Shown piece after piece: positions 1 through 9,070 of a stretch of 28,277 bases of DNA (its first letter is position 1; every line of letters begins with the position of its first letter). The position numbers and the translations under genes are program-made. Location of the stretch: IMG/VR virus record IMGVR_UViG_3300005663_000171, positions 1 to 28,277 of that record. One strand, 5' to 3'. The DNA comes from a virus (taxonomy: Duplodnaviria; Caudoviricetes). The notes under the pieces are model-generated. The model was not told where the DNA came from and searched no databases. It worked only from the letters and a program-made list of their open reading frames with translations.

Positions 1-2
1 AG

Positions 3-611
3 TTCAAAGAAGGCTTAGCCACGCAATACCAGGGTGTTCAATCACTGTTAGACCGACAATCTGGAAACCTGAAGGCAGCACGAGAGCAGGTGGACCGACA
101 GATCAAAGCCATGGAGGCTATGGGTATCGAGGTCACGCCGGCTCAGGCGGAGCAGCTAAAGCAAGACGAAGCAGTGCGGGCTCTGACGGCTGCTGAGGAG
201 GAAGGCCCCGACGGTAAGCCTGTCCAGCCAGGACAGAAACCCGCCGAGACCGCTCCTGCAGGTGAACAGACGCAAATGGGCAAACTGGCAATGGCCATGA
301 TGCAAGAGCAGGGTGTGGTGATTTTACCCACCGATATCGAGCTCGAGAAGATTGACCAAGAGACCAAGGATCCCAAGGTGTTCATGGACAGTATGCAAGA
401 TGCCATCGACGCCAAGATCCAGAGGCTCGCTAACCCAGACGCTACCGGCAACGGCGAAACCGAAACTGGTCCTCGGGTGAACCCGAGAGGTAAGGGCAGG
501 AAGGCCAACACTGTTCTGCCGGAGAAGACCCCGAGCGGAGCACGGACCGGCAGCCTGGACTTCCTACAGACCGGGTACGAAGAGTCAGACAAGTTCCCAT
601 CCGGGGAATAG
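3..611 (+). CDS. Putative capsid scaffolding protein (5'-truncated by window edge)
   Basis: The frame is open from position 3 to TAG 611. The product is helical, charged and Q/E/A-rich, and lies directly upstream of the major capsid gene. Confidence 0.6.
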   Translation, partial: FKEGLATQYQGVQSLLDRQSGNLKAAREQVDRQIKAMEAMGIEVTPAQAEQLKQDEAVRALTAAEEEGPDGKPVQPGQKPAETAPAGEQTQMGKLAMAMMQEQGVVILPTDIELEKIDQETKDPKVFMDSMQDAIDAKIQRLANPDATGNGETETGPRVNPRGKGRKANTVLPEKTPSGARTGSLDFLQTGYEESDKFPSGE

Positions 612-632
612 AACTGACCGGGAGGAAGGCAA

Positions 633-1604
633 ATGCCTTCGACACTAACACTTGCTGACTATGCTCAGCTTGCTCCCACCAATATCGAGCGGGGCGTCAT
701 TGACGTCTTCCGCAGAGAGTCATTCATCCTCGACAGCTTGGGCTTCGAGGCGGCTGGCGGATTGCAAAAGACCGTCATTCGATCGGCAGGTCTCCCAGCA
801 GTGGGATTCCGTAAGATCGGTGAAGGCTGGAGCTCATCCAAGGCTTCCTTCGAACCCATCACGGAGAGGGTGTTCGATCTCGGTGGCGACATCGACGTCG
901 ACAAGCTCTTAGTCAAGGCTGATCCATCCCAGATGGGGAAGCACACTGAGGCGTTCGTTACGGCGATCTCCTACGAGTTCAATGACTACTTCATCAACGG
1001 CAGTCCTATCGTGGATCCAGATGGATTTACGGGCATTTGGTATCGCCTCGTGAATTACCTGTCATCTCGACAGACTGTTAGTGGATCAGGGGTAGACATC
1101 TCTCCTAATGCGGGAGCTGGCCTAGCGGCCAACTTCGACACCGTGCTCGACCTTCTCGACGAGCTGGCGCATGTTGTTGATGGACATGCACCTGCGATGT
1201 TCGTTCTAAACGAGCAACTGTTCCTGCGACTCAACTCTGCATTACGGCAGAACGGGTTGTGGAGCCAGGATGAAAATTCCTTCGGCTTGCAGATCACTCG
1301 TTACGGCCCTTCGGGACCGGCGATCATCGATCTCGGCGTGATGGCGGACCAAGTAACTCAGATCATCGGGAATTTGGAGCATGATGCAGGCTCCGACTTC
1401 ACGAGCGGAGACGCTACATCCATCTATGCAATGCGCACAGGTGGAATGTACCTCAATGGACTGCAGCTCTATCCGATGGATGTGAATCCAATCGGCCTGC
1501 TGCAGGACGGGGTGACCTACCGCACCGTAATCGACTGGCCCATGGGGATCATGCACGAGAACCCTCGGGCACTGGCTCGAGCTGTTGGAATTGTGGCAGC
1601 CTAG
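633..1604 (+). CDS. Major capsid protein (HK97 fold, BPP-1 Bbp17-like)
   Basis: GGAGG RBS; 323 aa. N-terminus LTLADYAQ...VIDVFRRESFILDSLGF, IDVDK motif, and C-terminal YRTVIDWPMG...RALARAVGI are typical of this capsid family. Confidence 0.85.
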   Translation: MPSTLTLADYAQLAPTNIERGVIDVFRRESFILDSLGFEAAGGLQKTVIRSAGLPAVGFRKIGEGWSSSKASFEPITERVFDLGGDIDVDKLLVKADPSQMGKHTEAFVTAISYEFNDYFINGSPIVDPDGFTGIWYRLVNYLSSRQTVSGSGVDISPNAGAGLAANFDTVLDLLDELAHVVDGHAPAMFVLNEQLFLRLNSALRQNGLWSQDENSFGLQITRYGPSGPAIIDLGVMADQVTQIIGNLEHDAGSDFTSGDATSIYAMRTGGMYLNGLQLYPMDVNPIGLLQDGVTYRTVIDWPMGIMHENPRALARAVGIVAA

Positions 1605-1619
1605 TGAGGATGGGACAAA

Positions 1620-2072
1620 ATGTATGACACTAATCTCATGCTGCTAGACAATGCGGCTCTCGTCACCTCTGGTGGCGAGGTCACAGGTGCGTACCTGGAT
1701 CTATGGGAAGTGAACGCAGACATAGGCCCACAGTTCGATGCGTATGAAGACGCTACGCCTGGGACTGGACAGGTAGTTCGTCCGCTGATCTGGAACTTTA
1801 CCATTCACAGCGTCGGAACCGACGTAAGCGGTATCGTGGATATGAGACTGCAGTTCTCAGAAGATGGCACTGGAGCCGAAGAGGTAGAACATCGCTTCCC
1901 GGTCGTGGTCAACGCTGACCCTCCAGTGGTCGTCCGCCAGAGCATCTCAGTCCTAGCCCCGTACCGTTATGTGCGATACAGCTTCGGCCAAAGCACAATC
2001 AACGGCTCCGACAATATGGTGGCGAGTTTAGGTCCGACTGATGGTGGCGAGTACGCAAGTCCTGGCACCTAG
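1620..2072 (+). CDS. Capsid cement/decoration protein (Bbp16-like jelly roll)
   Basis: Immediately follows the capsid gene. MYDTNLMLLD N-terminus, LQFSEDG and RYVRY motifs, beta-rich 150 aa. Confidence 0.6.
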   Translation: MYDTNLMLLDNAALVTSGGEVTGAYLDLWEVNADIGPQFDAYEDATPGTGQVVRPLIWNFTIHSVGTDVSGIVDMRLQFSEDGTGAEEVEHRFPVVVNADPPVVVRQSISVLAPYRYVRYSFGQSTINGSDNMVASLGPTDGGEYASPGT

Positions 2073-2097
2073 TCAAGCAGCCAACCAATTGAATATC

Positions 2098-2140
2098 AAG
2101 GGCCGCTCCAGACGACGCAAAGGATGGTAGCGGCTCTTTC
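2098..2140 (+). terminator. Hairpin after capsid/cement genes, possible weak intrinsic terminator
   Basis: AAGGGCCGCT (2098-2107) pairs with AGCGGCTCTT (2129-2138), with an inner CCA/TGG pair and only a short U-run. Confidence 0.4.
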
Positions 2141-2156
2141 GATTCTGTCGTAGAAT
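2127..2156 (+). promoter_or_regulatory. Putative phage late promoter A (GTAGCG-N18-TAGAAT)
   Basis: Intergenic; same motif and spacing as 17262-17291 and 24022-24051. Confidence 0.55.
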
Positions 2157-2192
2157 ACAGGAACGAGTAGGCACCTTCAAAGGAGCAGTAAA

Positions 2193-2666
2193 ATGCCACA
2201 AGCGACACCTGGAGCACGGAAGCTAGCCAAGGAGCTAGGCGTAGATCTGGACAACGTGCAGGGCTCAGGCAAGAGCGGCTACATCGTGGAGGCCGACGTA
2301 AGACGGATGGTGGTCAACGCCCCCAACGGCAGGCCCGAGCAAGGACCCCCATTCACTCACGAGATGAAAGAAGACTTTGACGGGGAAGTCTACCCGGTAA
2401 GCGAGCTGTATAAGATGCGCTTCCGGCAGGACGATCCTGTCACCGGAGACATGGTGGGCGAGGATCTATTAGCGATCAGGCCCAAGGCGGCCGGCGGGAA
2501 GTTCCGATCCCATGACGGGGTACTGGGCTTCTTCGTAGCCGATCGAGGGTACTTCGGCGAGCCCGCAGAGGTCAAACCTAAAGACGAGCCCGACGAGACT
2601 GGGCACCGTCCCGCTTTATCGGAGCCTACAACTGACGCAGCAGACAGCTTCGCAGTATCCGAGTAG
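2193..2666 (+). CDS. Protein with N-terminal E3-binding (peripheral subunit-binding) domain
   Basis: ATPGARKLAKELGVDLDNVQGSGKSGYIVEADVRR matches the PSBD consensus (ASP.AR.LA.E.G.DL..V.G+G..GRI...DV). AAGGAG RBS. Confidence 0.8.
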   Translation: MPQATPGARKLAKELGVDLDNVQGSGKSGYIVEADVRRMVVNAPNGRPEQGPPFTHEMKEDFDGEVYPVSELYKMRFRQDDPVTGDMVGEDLLAIRPKAAGGKFRSHDGVLGFFVADRGYFGEPAEVKPKDEPDETGHRPALSEPTTDAADSFAVSE

Positions 2667-2679
2667 CTAGAGGTAAAGC

Positions 2680-3505
2680 ATGCAAGATTTTTGGGAACTG
2701 ACTCGAGATGTAGCCAGAGAGCTATACAAGGGCGGGCTGCATTCAGGTTACAGATGCCACAATTCCACTGATAGAAGGTGCGGTGGACGGCGGTACGATC
2801 TGGCTGCATGACGAGGACCCTCATGTGTCTCGGATCATCTCGACTCTGAGTGCGGCAGGGATAGTCACGTTCACCCCGCTAATCGCTGCGATGACTGGAG
2901 TCCAGGCATACACGATTTTTGGAAAAGTCCACAACCGATCGACGCTAAGAGATGCGGTCAACCGGGCGCTCCAGAACATCGGAGAGTTTGCAGAGTACGA
3001 CGAGTTCAGCTCTACCGGCCTCCAAGAAGATTACGACATCGCCACCCTATTGCCTAATGCCAATCGCATTATGTCGGTCGAGATATCGGCCTATTCAGAC
3101 CCCAGCACAGCGGACAACCCGGCCTGGATGATGCACTACGGCTGGACGCAATTTGGTAACACGCTGAGGTTCTTGACCGACCCCCCCATCTATGACGGGA
3201 CCGAGAACATTCGTATCGGATGGAATATCCCTCACCCCGCATTGACGGGTGACGCTAGCGAGATCCGGCGAGAGGTCAGCCCCCTTCGCTTGAAGTGGGA
3301 GGCCGTTGCCGAGGCATACATGCACTTGATTGGGCCTCGAGACTCCGAGAAGCTGGACGAGCAAACGCAGAATCTATACAACCGAGCATCTAAGACGGCC
3401 GGCAGGTATCCGGCCCATGGGAACCAACCGCTGCCCGAGCCCCAGCTATTTATGGGCGTGGGCTCTAGGGGTGGCGCCGCCATCAATCCCGACCTGCAGG
3501 TGTAG
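2680..3505 (+). CDS. Putative head-tail adaptor/tail tubular A-like virion protein, apparently frameshifted near 2745
   Basis: GAGGT RBS and ATG 2680 start MQDFWELTRDVARELYKGGLHSG in one frame (stop 2811). The long frame (open 2714-3505) continues TDATIPLIEGAVDGGTIWL...LRDAVNRAL. Position between the capsid and the large virion gene fits an adaptor. Confidence 0.5.
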
Positions 3506-3507
3506 CC

Positions 3508-6423
3508 ATGCCCGCCTACTCAATCGATGTCGGTCCAGACGTAGCAAACCCATCGCACCATATTGCCCTCGTGGCCGAGGATGGCAGTAAAATGGGCTTC
3601 ATTCTGTGCAACTCAATCGGCGAGCGCACAGCGACATCTATTGCAAGGGCTAACCTTCAAACCACCCCGGTCAAAACGTCCACTGGCGATAGCCAATACT
3701 CGGACGCCGAGCTTCCATTCGTTGTGTCTGCCCAGCAGAGTTACACGGGCGGGCTAGGACAAGAGCGGTTCGAGGACAATCGAACCAAGTACCACACAGG
3801 CTGTAGAGTGCAGAACGTCAACGGCAAGATGGTCTTGGGCCCACGTGAGCACTTTACGACAGGCTATCAACCGATGGTGATTTCTCAGCCAGCGCCAGGC
3901 CGATACCAATCCTACGCCGGTCGGATAGGGCGCATGAAGTGGACCCAGGGCGACGATCCTAATGCAATCTCCACTCTGTTCACCACAGAGGATGCAGTCA
4001 GCCCCGACTCTTTCTTTTTGTTTGGCAAGGCGATTGGTAGCAACACCGGGCCCGACGAAGACATAGACGCTGCGCACATCATCCATTGGGAGATCCGAGA
4101 CGATGATGCAGGCGGGTCCGAACCTGGAACACTGGTGGACTCGGGAGCCAGCAAATTCACCATTTACCCAGACGAGATCATGCGTTGGATGGATGTTTTA
4201 GAAGACGGCCTACCCAACCTTGCCGCTACTACAAATTACTGGCTGACTCTGTACCCTAACTCAAATGCAAGCGCAGACAACCATATTGAGCTGGGTTTTT
4301 GGCAGGATCCCGACGCCGGCACGTCTGTAATATCGTCCGATCTAGGGACAAACTGGGGCGCCTACCCCGACAGTGACCACCAGCTCATGTTTCGCATTGT
4401 GCAGGAAGACTTAGACTATACGGGTTGGTACTTCTTCTACCGTGAGCAGCTCTATTGGATAAGCCGACCCACAACGGGTGCGCCGACGCTCTTGATGAAT
4501 GGATGGCGAGGAGTCTGCGATGCCAACGACGCTCAACTAGGCAAGCTGCTAGACGCTACTCAAACAGGGTGGGCAGGCGATGCGGTAGTAGGGTGTGTGG
4601 TCTGGGTGTTCGCAGGGCCTGGTAGCGACGAAGAAACTCCTTTTCGTCGAGTGACAGCTAGCGTCAGTGGCGAGCTGACGTGTGATGGCAACTGGTTAGT
4701 TCCTCACACGATCGACACCGAGTATGTGGTACTGGGGGCTGACGTTTTCTTCCCGATCGCAACGTCGATCCCTCACCCACCGACTGGAAGGCCAGCAATA
4801 GGGGTAGGTGGTAGCCCGCCGCAAGACGATCAGGTGATAGCCTACATTCCTCAAGGGCACAGCGCCGGACCCATCTGGATGTTCCGGCAATACAACAACG
4901 CCGGTACATTCACTACACAGGATAAGAGCATCAACGATGCAACGGGCGCCGCCGGTAACTACCGCTGCAAGCTGATGATAAATGTGCAGGACGACACTAA
5001 GGGGCCCATCTTGGTAAAGCTGGAGGACAACAATGCCAGCGGTAGCACGGGGCTGGTGTCCGAGACCAGGAAGCCGGGAACCTGGACTGAGCAGCTAGGG
5101 TGGGGCGGCGACGAGTGGATGGGAGACAGCGAGCCGTCAAGCCTAGTGAGTGGCATAGAGTATGTGGACCCCCGTACTGATGCGAGAGTTGCGTGGGCCA
5201 CCAGCAGGGGAGAGTTGTTCGCAAGAGAAAGCGGAGAAATACCTGGTCTCTGGGCTTCGATCCTCCTACCAGAGCTCAAGGCGTTTGCATCAGAACGAAC
5301 AGGCAAGGCGGTTGCGGTATGGAATGCGTCGCTATTTCTGACGCTGGCAGGGGGCCTGCTTGAAAAGCTGAGCGGAAATCAGTTGATTGACGTAGGGCCC
5401 ACAAAGGACAAGGGACTGCCTCTTTGGAGGAGGGGAGAGATCGAGGCGCTAGCATCTTATCCTGGGCAACTATTTGTGGCGACATCTCCACCGCCCTCAA
5501 CGGGTACCTTCTCAACTATTACACGGCTGACGGGGCTCGACAGCCACGACCCAATCTATGAGAGCGGGCCGTGGCGGCGCATAACAGACATGATCGTGCA
5601 GCGTATGCCGGCCGAGCTTAGTTTCGTCGGAGTGAATAGCAGGCTCTGGTTTCAGGAGGGCACCGATCTTATGTGGGTTGACCTGCCCAACCAGGGTGCC
5701 AACCCATTGACCGACTCCAATTATCAGTATGCGGCGGAGGGCTACGTTGAAAGCAGCCGTATCTATGCCAATCTTGACGACAGACTCAAGGTGTATTCAT
5801 CACTCAAGGTAGTGTCCGACGGCTTGCAACCCGCAGTGGCAGATCCAGGGGGGCCGGACGGAACAGTTTGGATTGACCCAGAATATGAGGTGGACGCAGA
5901 CAATGGGGCCGGGTCGCTAACTGCCGTGTACGGCGGGCGAATCAACATCTCACCATCACATGAGGTTTATCTGACCAATTACGACAACGACGCAGTAGTG
6001 CCGGTGCGAGGCAGATACCTCAGAACAAGGCTCAAGCTCAACAGCATCCTTGACACAGTGACACCCGTAGTGCGTGCTACCCTGATCGAATCTCTCCTCG
6101 GCCTGCCGAATAAATACTCCTTTCGGGGCACGGTGTTGTTTGAGGACAAACAGCTTGATCTAAACAACAACCCATACACAGACGAAACGGCCTGGGAACA
6201 GGCCGGCAAGCTGCAGGAATATGCAGAGAGAGGGGAGGTCTTCACTCTCGAGTGTATATCGCCTACGCTGGACGGGGCAAAGGTGATTGTCTCACCAGCA
6301 GAGGTGGGGCCGCTGGCGGAGTCGACGGATTCAGTCACGACCGAGGAAGGGGTAGTTATAGAGCGCTTGCTAGGAACGCTCCCCATCATTCAGGTGATTC
6401 TGCCTGACCTCGGGTTGATCTGA
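3508..6423 (+). CDS. Large virion protein (tail nozzle / packaged-DNA stabilisation-like, beta-propeller-rich)
   Basis: 971 aa, beta-rich and W/G-rich; Q.SY.GG.GQ motif near the N-terminus; C-terminal GRYLRTRLKL...TPVV; follows the adaptor-like gene. Confidence 0.55.
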   Translation: MPAYSIDVGPDVANPSHHIALVAEDGSKMGFILCNSIGERTATSIARANLQTTPVKTSTGDSQYSDAELPFVVSAQQSYTGGLGQERFEDNRTKYHTGCRVQNVNGKMVLGPREHFTTGYQPMVISQPAPGRYQSYAGRIGRMKWTQGDDPNAISTLFTTEDAVSPDSFFLFGKAIGSNTGPDEDIDAAHIIHWEIRDDDAGGSEPGTLVDSGASKFTIYPDEIMRWMDVLEDGLPNLAATTNYWLTLYPNSNASADNHIELGFWQDPDAGTSVISSDLGTNWGAYPDSDHQLMFRIVQEDLDYTGWYFFYREQLYWISRPTTGAPTLLMNGWRGVCDANDAQLGKLLDATQTGWAGDAVVGCVVWVFAGPGSDEETPFRRVTASVSGELTCDGNWLVPHTIDTEYVVLGADVFFPIATSIPHPPTGRPAIGVGGSPPQDDQVIAYIPQGHSAGPIWMFRQYNNAGTFTTQDKSINDATGAAGNYRCKLMINVQDDTKGPILVKLEDNNASGSTGLVSETRKPGTWTEQLGWGGDEWMGDSEPSSLVSGIEYVDPRTDARVAWATSRGELFARESGEIPGLWASILLPELKAFASERTGKAVAVWNASLFLTLAGGLLEKLSGNQLIDVGPTKDKGLPLWRRGEIEALASYPGQLFVATSPPPSTGTFSTITRLTGLDSHDPIYESGPWRRITDMIVQRMPAELSFVGVNSRLWFQEGTDLMWVDLPNQGANPLTDSNYQYAAEGYVESSRIYANLDDRLKVYSSLKVVSDGLQPAVADPGGPDGTVWIDPEYEVDADNGAGSLTAVYGGRINISPSHEVYLTNYDNDAVVPVRGRYLRTRLKLNSILDTVTPVVRATLIESLLGLPNKYSFRGTVLFEDKQLDLNNNPYTDETAWEQAGKLQEYAERGEVFTLECISPTLDGAKVIVSPAEVGPLAESTDSVTTEEGVVIERLLGTLPIIQVILPDLGLI

Positions 6424-6866
6424 TGTATCAGTTTCCGGTCGCCAAAGCGGCGAAGTCCGCTAAGCAAGAGCGACAAAGAAAACTAAAAGACGACAAGTTA
6501 GAGGAGCGACTGCCGACCGTCATACAAGGAAAACCCGTCAACTCAGTGGAAGAAGCTCGCATTGCTGTCGGGTTGGAGATCTTGGGCTGGAGGTTCGTTT
6601 ATCAAAAGGCTTACTATGGTGGTCGGTCGACGGCAGGCGGAATCATTGTCGATTTTTTGGTCCTGACGCCGGGATCTGCCACGCCGCTCTTGATGCAAAG
6701 CCGTTATTGGCATACAATCAGGGACAGGCGAGCGAAGGACTTTTATCAGATTAGCCGGCTGAGCAGGATACCTAACTTGGCAAATCCAATCGAGATCTGG
6801 GATTACTCTGTGAGAACCATACAACAGACAGTTCGCACACTGGTAGCCGTCTTGGGAAACCCATAG
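6423..6866 (+). CDS. DUF559/Vsr-like PD-(D/E)XK nuclease-fold protein
   Basis: E.RIA..L...G..F.YQ...GG...VDF...YWH...KD...IWD pattern; start overlaps the previous stop codon. Confidence 0.55.
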   Translation: MYQFPVAKAAKSAKQERQRKLKDDKLEERLPTVIQGKPVNSVEEARIAVGLEILGWRFVYQKAYYGGRSTAGGIIVDFLVLTPGSATPLLMQSRYWHTIRDRRAKDFYQISRLSRIPNLANPIEIWDYSVRTIQQTVRTLVAVLGNP

Positions 6867-6909
6867 TGTCAAACAAAGGATACAGCTCAGAGCTACTGGA
6901 GGTGGCCTA

Positions 6910-7491
6910 ATGGAACAGGAAGAACCAACCAGCGTGCTACTCAAACGTCAAAGCATCGAGGATCCACAGAAGGAGCCCTGGAAATACCTCACCACACTGT
7001 TGTGCCCCCAGATAAACCTGTATCGGGCCTTGGCTGAGAAGGACAAGATTGTCGGCTCAGTGCTCGAGGTCGGTTTCGGGACCGGAGCTCAGGTGGTGCA
7101 GTATGCACACAAAGCAAACTATGTTGACGCCATCGAGGTCGGCATTGCGGCGGTGGCGTTTGCTAAGCTGGCGTGGCCCATACCCAGTGTGCACTGGCTC
7201 TATGGGGACATCTGCCTCTGGGACGCTCCGGATATGTACGACACCGTTCTGTGCTTCGAGGTGCTGGAGCACACGACAGATCCCGAGGCTGCCATCCGCA
7301 ACATGGCAGCCACGCTTAGACCGGGTGGCACAGCCCACCTAAGCGTGCCTCACAACGATCCCGGCGTTGAGCTGCACAAGTGGAGGTGGACGCCGGATGA
7401 TTTCAGGGACGATCTCCTGGTGTACTTCAAGCAGGTAAAAGTGAAGGCGTCCGGCCGTCTGATCTTTGCGGAGGCTAGTGCCAATGCTTGA
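6910..7491 (+). CDS. Class I SAM-dependent methyltransferase (small-molecule/glycan type)
   Basis: VLEVGFGTG motif I, YDTVLCFEVLEH, LRPGG...LSVP; GGAGGT RBS. Confidence 0.85.
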   Translation: MEQEEPTSVLLKRQSIEDPQKEPWKYLTTLLCPQINLYRALAEKDKIVGSVLEVGFGTGAQVVQYAHKANYVDAIEVGIAAVAFAKLAWPIPSVHWLYGDICLWDAPDMYDTVLCFEVLEHTTDPEAAIRNMAATLRPGGTAHLSVPHNDPGVELHKWRWTPDDFRDDLLVYFKQVKVKASGRLIFAEASANA

Positions 7492-7915
7492 CTGCATTGA
7501 GTGGGAGGGTGCCACGCAGGGGGACGGATACGGGGCAAGACGAATTGATGGAGTGTTGCATTCCGTTCATCGGCTGGCCTGGCAAGAAGCCAACGGACCA
7601 ATCCCTAGCGGCCTGCAAGTGCTACACCATTGCGACAACCCTCCCTGTCATAACCCCGACCATCTATTTTTGGGGACTCAGTCCGACAACATGAGAGATT
7701 GTTTGGCTAAGGGTCGGCACGCCTCCGGCCATATGGTTGGCGAGAACCACGGAATGTCCAAATTGACGGAGGAGCAAGTTCGATATATCAAAGAGATCAA
7801 GGTCACAAGGCCATACACGGGAGTGCTGGGTCGAGCCGCAGACGAGTTCGGGGTAGCAAGGGGCACGATAGACGCCATAAGAAGCGGAAGGAATTGGAAG
7901 CATGTTGGAGCTTAG
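7484..7915 (+). CDS. Free-standing HNH homing endonuclease
   Basis: CIEW.G...GYG...HRLAW...VLHHCDNPPCHNPDHLFLGTQSDNMRD, then GENHGMSKLT and an HTH tail. ATG 7484 overlaps the previous stop. Confidence 0.9.
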   Translation: MLDCIEWEGATQGDGYGARRIDGVLHSVHRLAWQEANGPIPSGLQVLHHCDNPPCHNPDHLFLGTQSDNMRDCLAKGRHASGHMVGENHGMSKLTEEQVRYIKEIKVTRPYTGVLGRAADEFGVARGTIDAIRSGRNWKHVGA

Positions 7916-8744
7916 TACTCGCACAGATATTAGTCGCTTCAACAACTCTCGGCCAGCCGACGACACGATCAGGCCGATAGACTTTCAGCGCATGGTCGAT
8001 CAGGGTGTTGACGGTGTTTGCGTTCGGAAGTCTATTGGACGTTTCCATGATCCGGCCTTCGAGATGAACTGGCAAGGAGCTGGAGATGCCGGACTCAGAC
8101 GCACAGTTTATTCCGTGCCTTATATCCGTTTCGACATAGGACCACAGCAGCTCGTGATGAGCACTTGGCCGAGCGGGGGCGTGTTCGACGGCAGAGTAGA
8201 CGACCCGGCCTGGGCTGACATAGAGCGCAAACACGACCTACCGCTGAGCGTAGCAATAGCCAGGACACTAGATTTTATGTACTCCATGAAAGACACTTTT
8301 GGGGAGTGCGAAGTGTACACCGGCAAGTATGTTTGGCAAGACTTCTACTCTCGCAGGCCGGGCTGGCACAAAGACTGGGCGCTCGTAATAGCGCAATATC
8401 GCAAGGATCTGTACTTGAAGGGCGTGGCTGCGGCAAAGGACATGGTAGCAAACCAGGTGATACATCCAAACGTGCCCGAGGGATGGTTGCGAGATCGCAC
8501 GGGCAACACGATTCCGTCAGAGCTGCGTTGGGAGCAGTGGCAAATTTTCGCAGACGGCGACAACTTGGGCAACGAGTATGGTTGTCCAAGCAGGGACATT
8601 GACATTAGCTTCCGCCAAGGCAAGCTACTTCCTCCGCCTCCGCCTGACGATAGCGCCCTAGAGGATCTTGTAGTATCGTTGAGAGAAGCCTGGGGCGTAG
8701 CAGGTGACGTTCTAACTGAGATTGAGGAAGAAGTCAGCGTATGA
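7902..8744 (+). CDS. Endolysin, GH25 muramidase
   Basis: DIS...IDF...GVDGV; ADIE (DxE); VYTG; IAQY; WQ; DID; poly-Pro linker to a short C-terminal helix. Confidence 0.8.
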   Translation: MLELSTRTDISRFNNSRPADDTIRPIDFQRMVDQGVDGVCVRKSIGRFHDPAFEMNWQGAGDAGLRRTVYSVPYIRFDIGPQQLVMSTWPSGGVFDGRVDDPAWADIERKHDLPLSVAIARTLDFMYSMKDTFGECEVYTGKYVWQDFYSRRPGWHKDWALVIAQYRKDLYLKGVAAAKDMVANQVIHPNVPEGWLRDRTGNTIPSELRWEQWQIFADGDNLGNEYGCPSRDIDISFRQGKLLPPPPPDDSALEDLVVSLREAWGVAGDVLTEIEEEVSV

Positions 8745-8995
8745 ATGGATCGTTGAAGCGAAGGGCGACAGCTATCTACGAAGGCAAATATCTGGCCGAC
8801 GACAGCGAGAAGCTAGATGTGCTGCTCGGTCTGACGCTGGATGTTCACGAAGTAGTCTCGGGCGAGGGCGGGCACGAGGAGCGCCTTGGAGTGCTGGAGG
8901 TATATCCGCAGACCCTCCGGCGTGTAGCGAAGCTCCTGATCGGCCTGGGCGCCCTAGCGGGTGCGGTAGTAGCGATCGCTGCACTTGCGGGTTGA
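8741..8995 (+). CDS. Small membrane protein (holin-like or lysis accessory)
   Basis: Overlaps the endolysin stop (ATGA); one C-terminal hydrophobic helix LLIGLGALAGAVVAIAALAG. Confidence 0.5.
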   Translation: MNGSLKRRATAIYEGKYLADDSEKLDVLLGLTLDVHEVVSGEGGHEERLGVLEVYPQTLRRVAKLLIGLGALAGAVVAIAALAG

Positions 8996-9019
8996 CACAC
9001 CCGCTAAGTATGGTATATT
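8992..9019 (+). promoter_or_regulatory. Sigma70-type early promoter TTGACA-N16-TATATT with extended -10 TG
   Basis: TTGACA 8992-8997, TGG then TATATT 9014-9019; upstream of the replication block. Confidence 0.7.
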
Positions 9020-9070
9020 CTCATTGTTGCAACATGAACAATCAGGCCGAGAACAAACCCAGAGGAACAC

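Noticed and set aside
6866-6910. 14-codon ORF bridging the nuclease-like and MTase genes
   Set aside because: Too short to support; it may only be a coupling remnant.
7484-7915. HNH as part of a group I intron
   Set aside because: Both flanking genes look complete and overlap the HNH directly, leaving no room for a ribozyme core.
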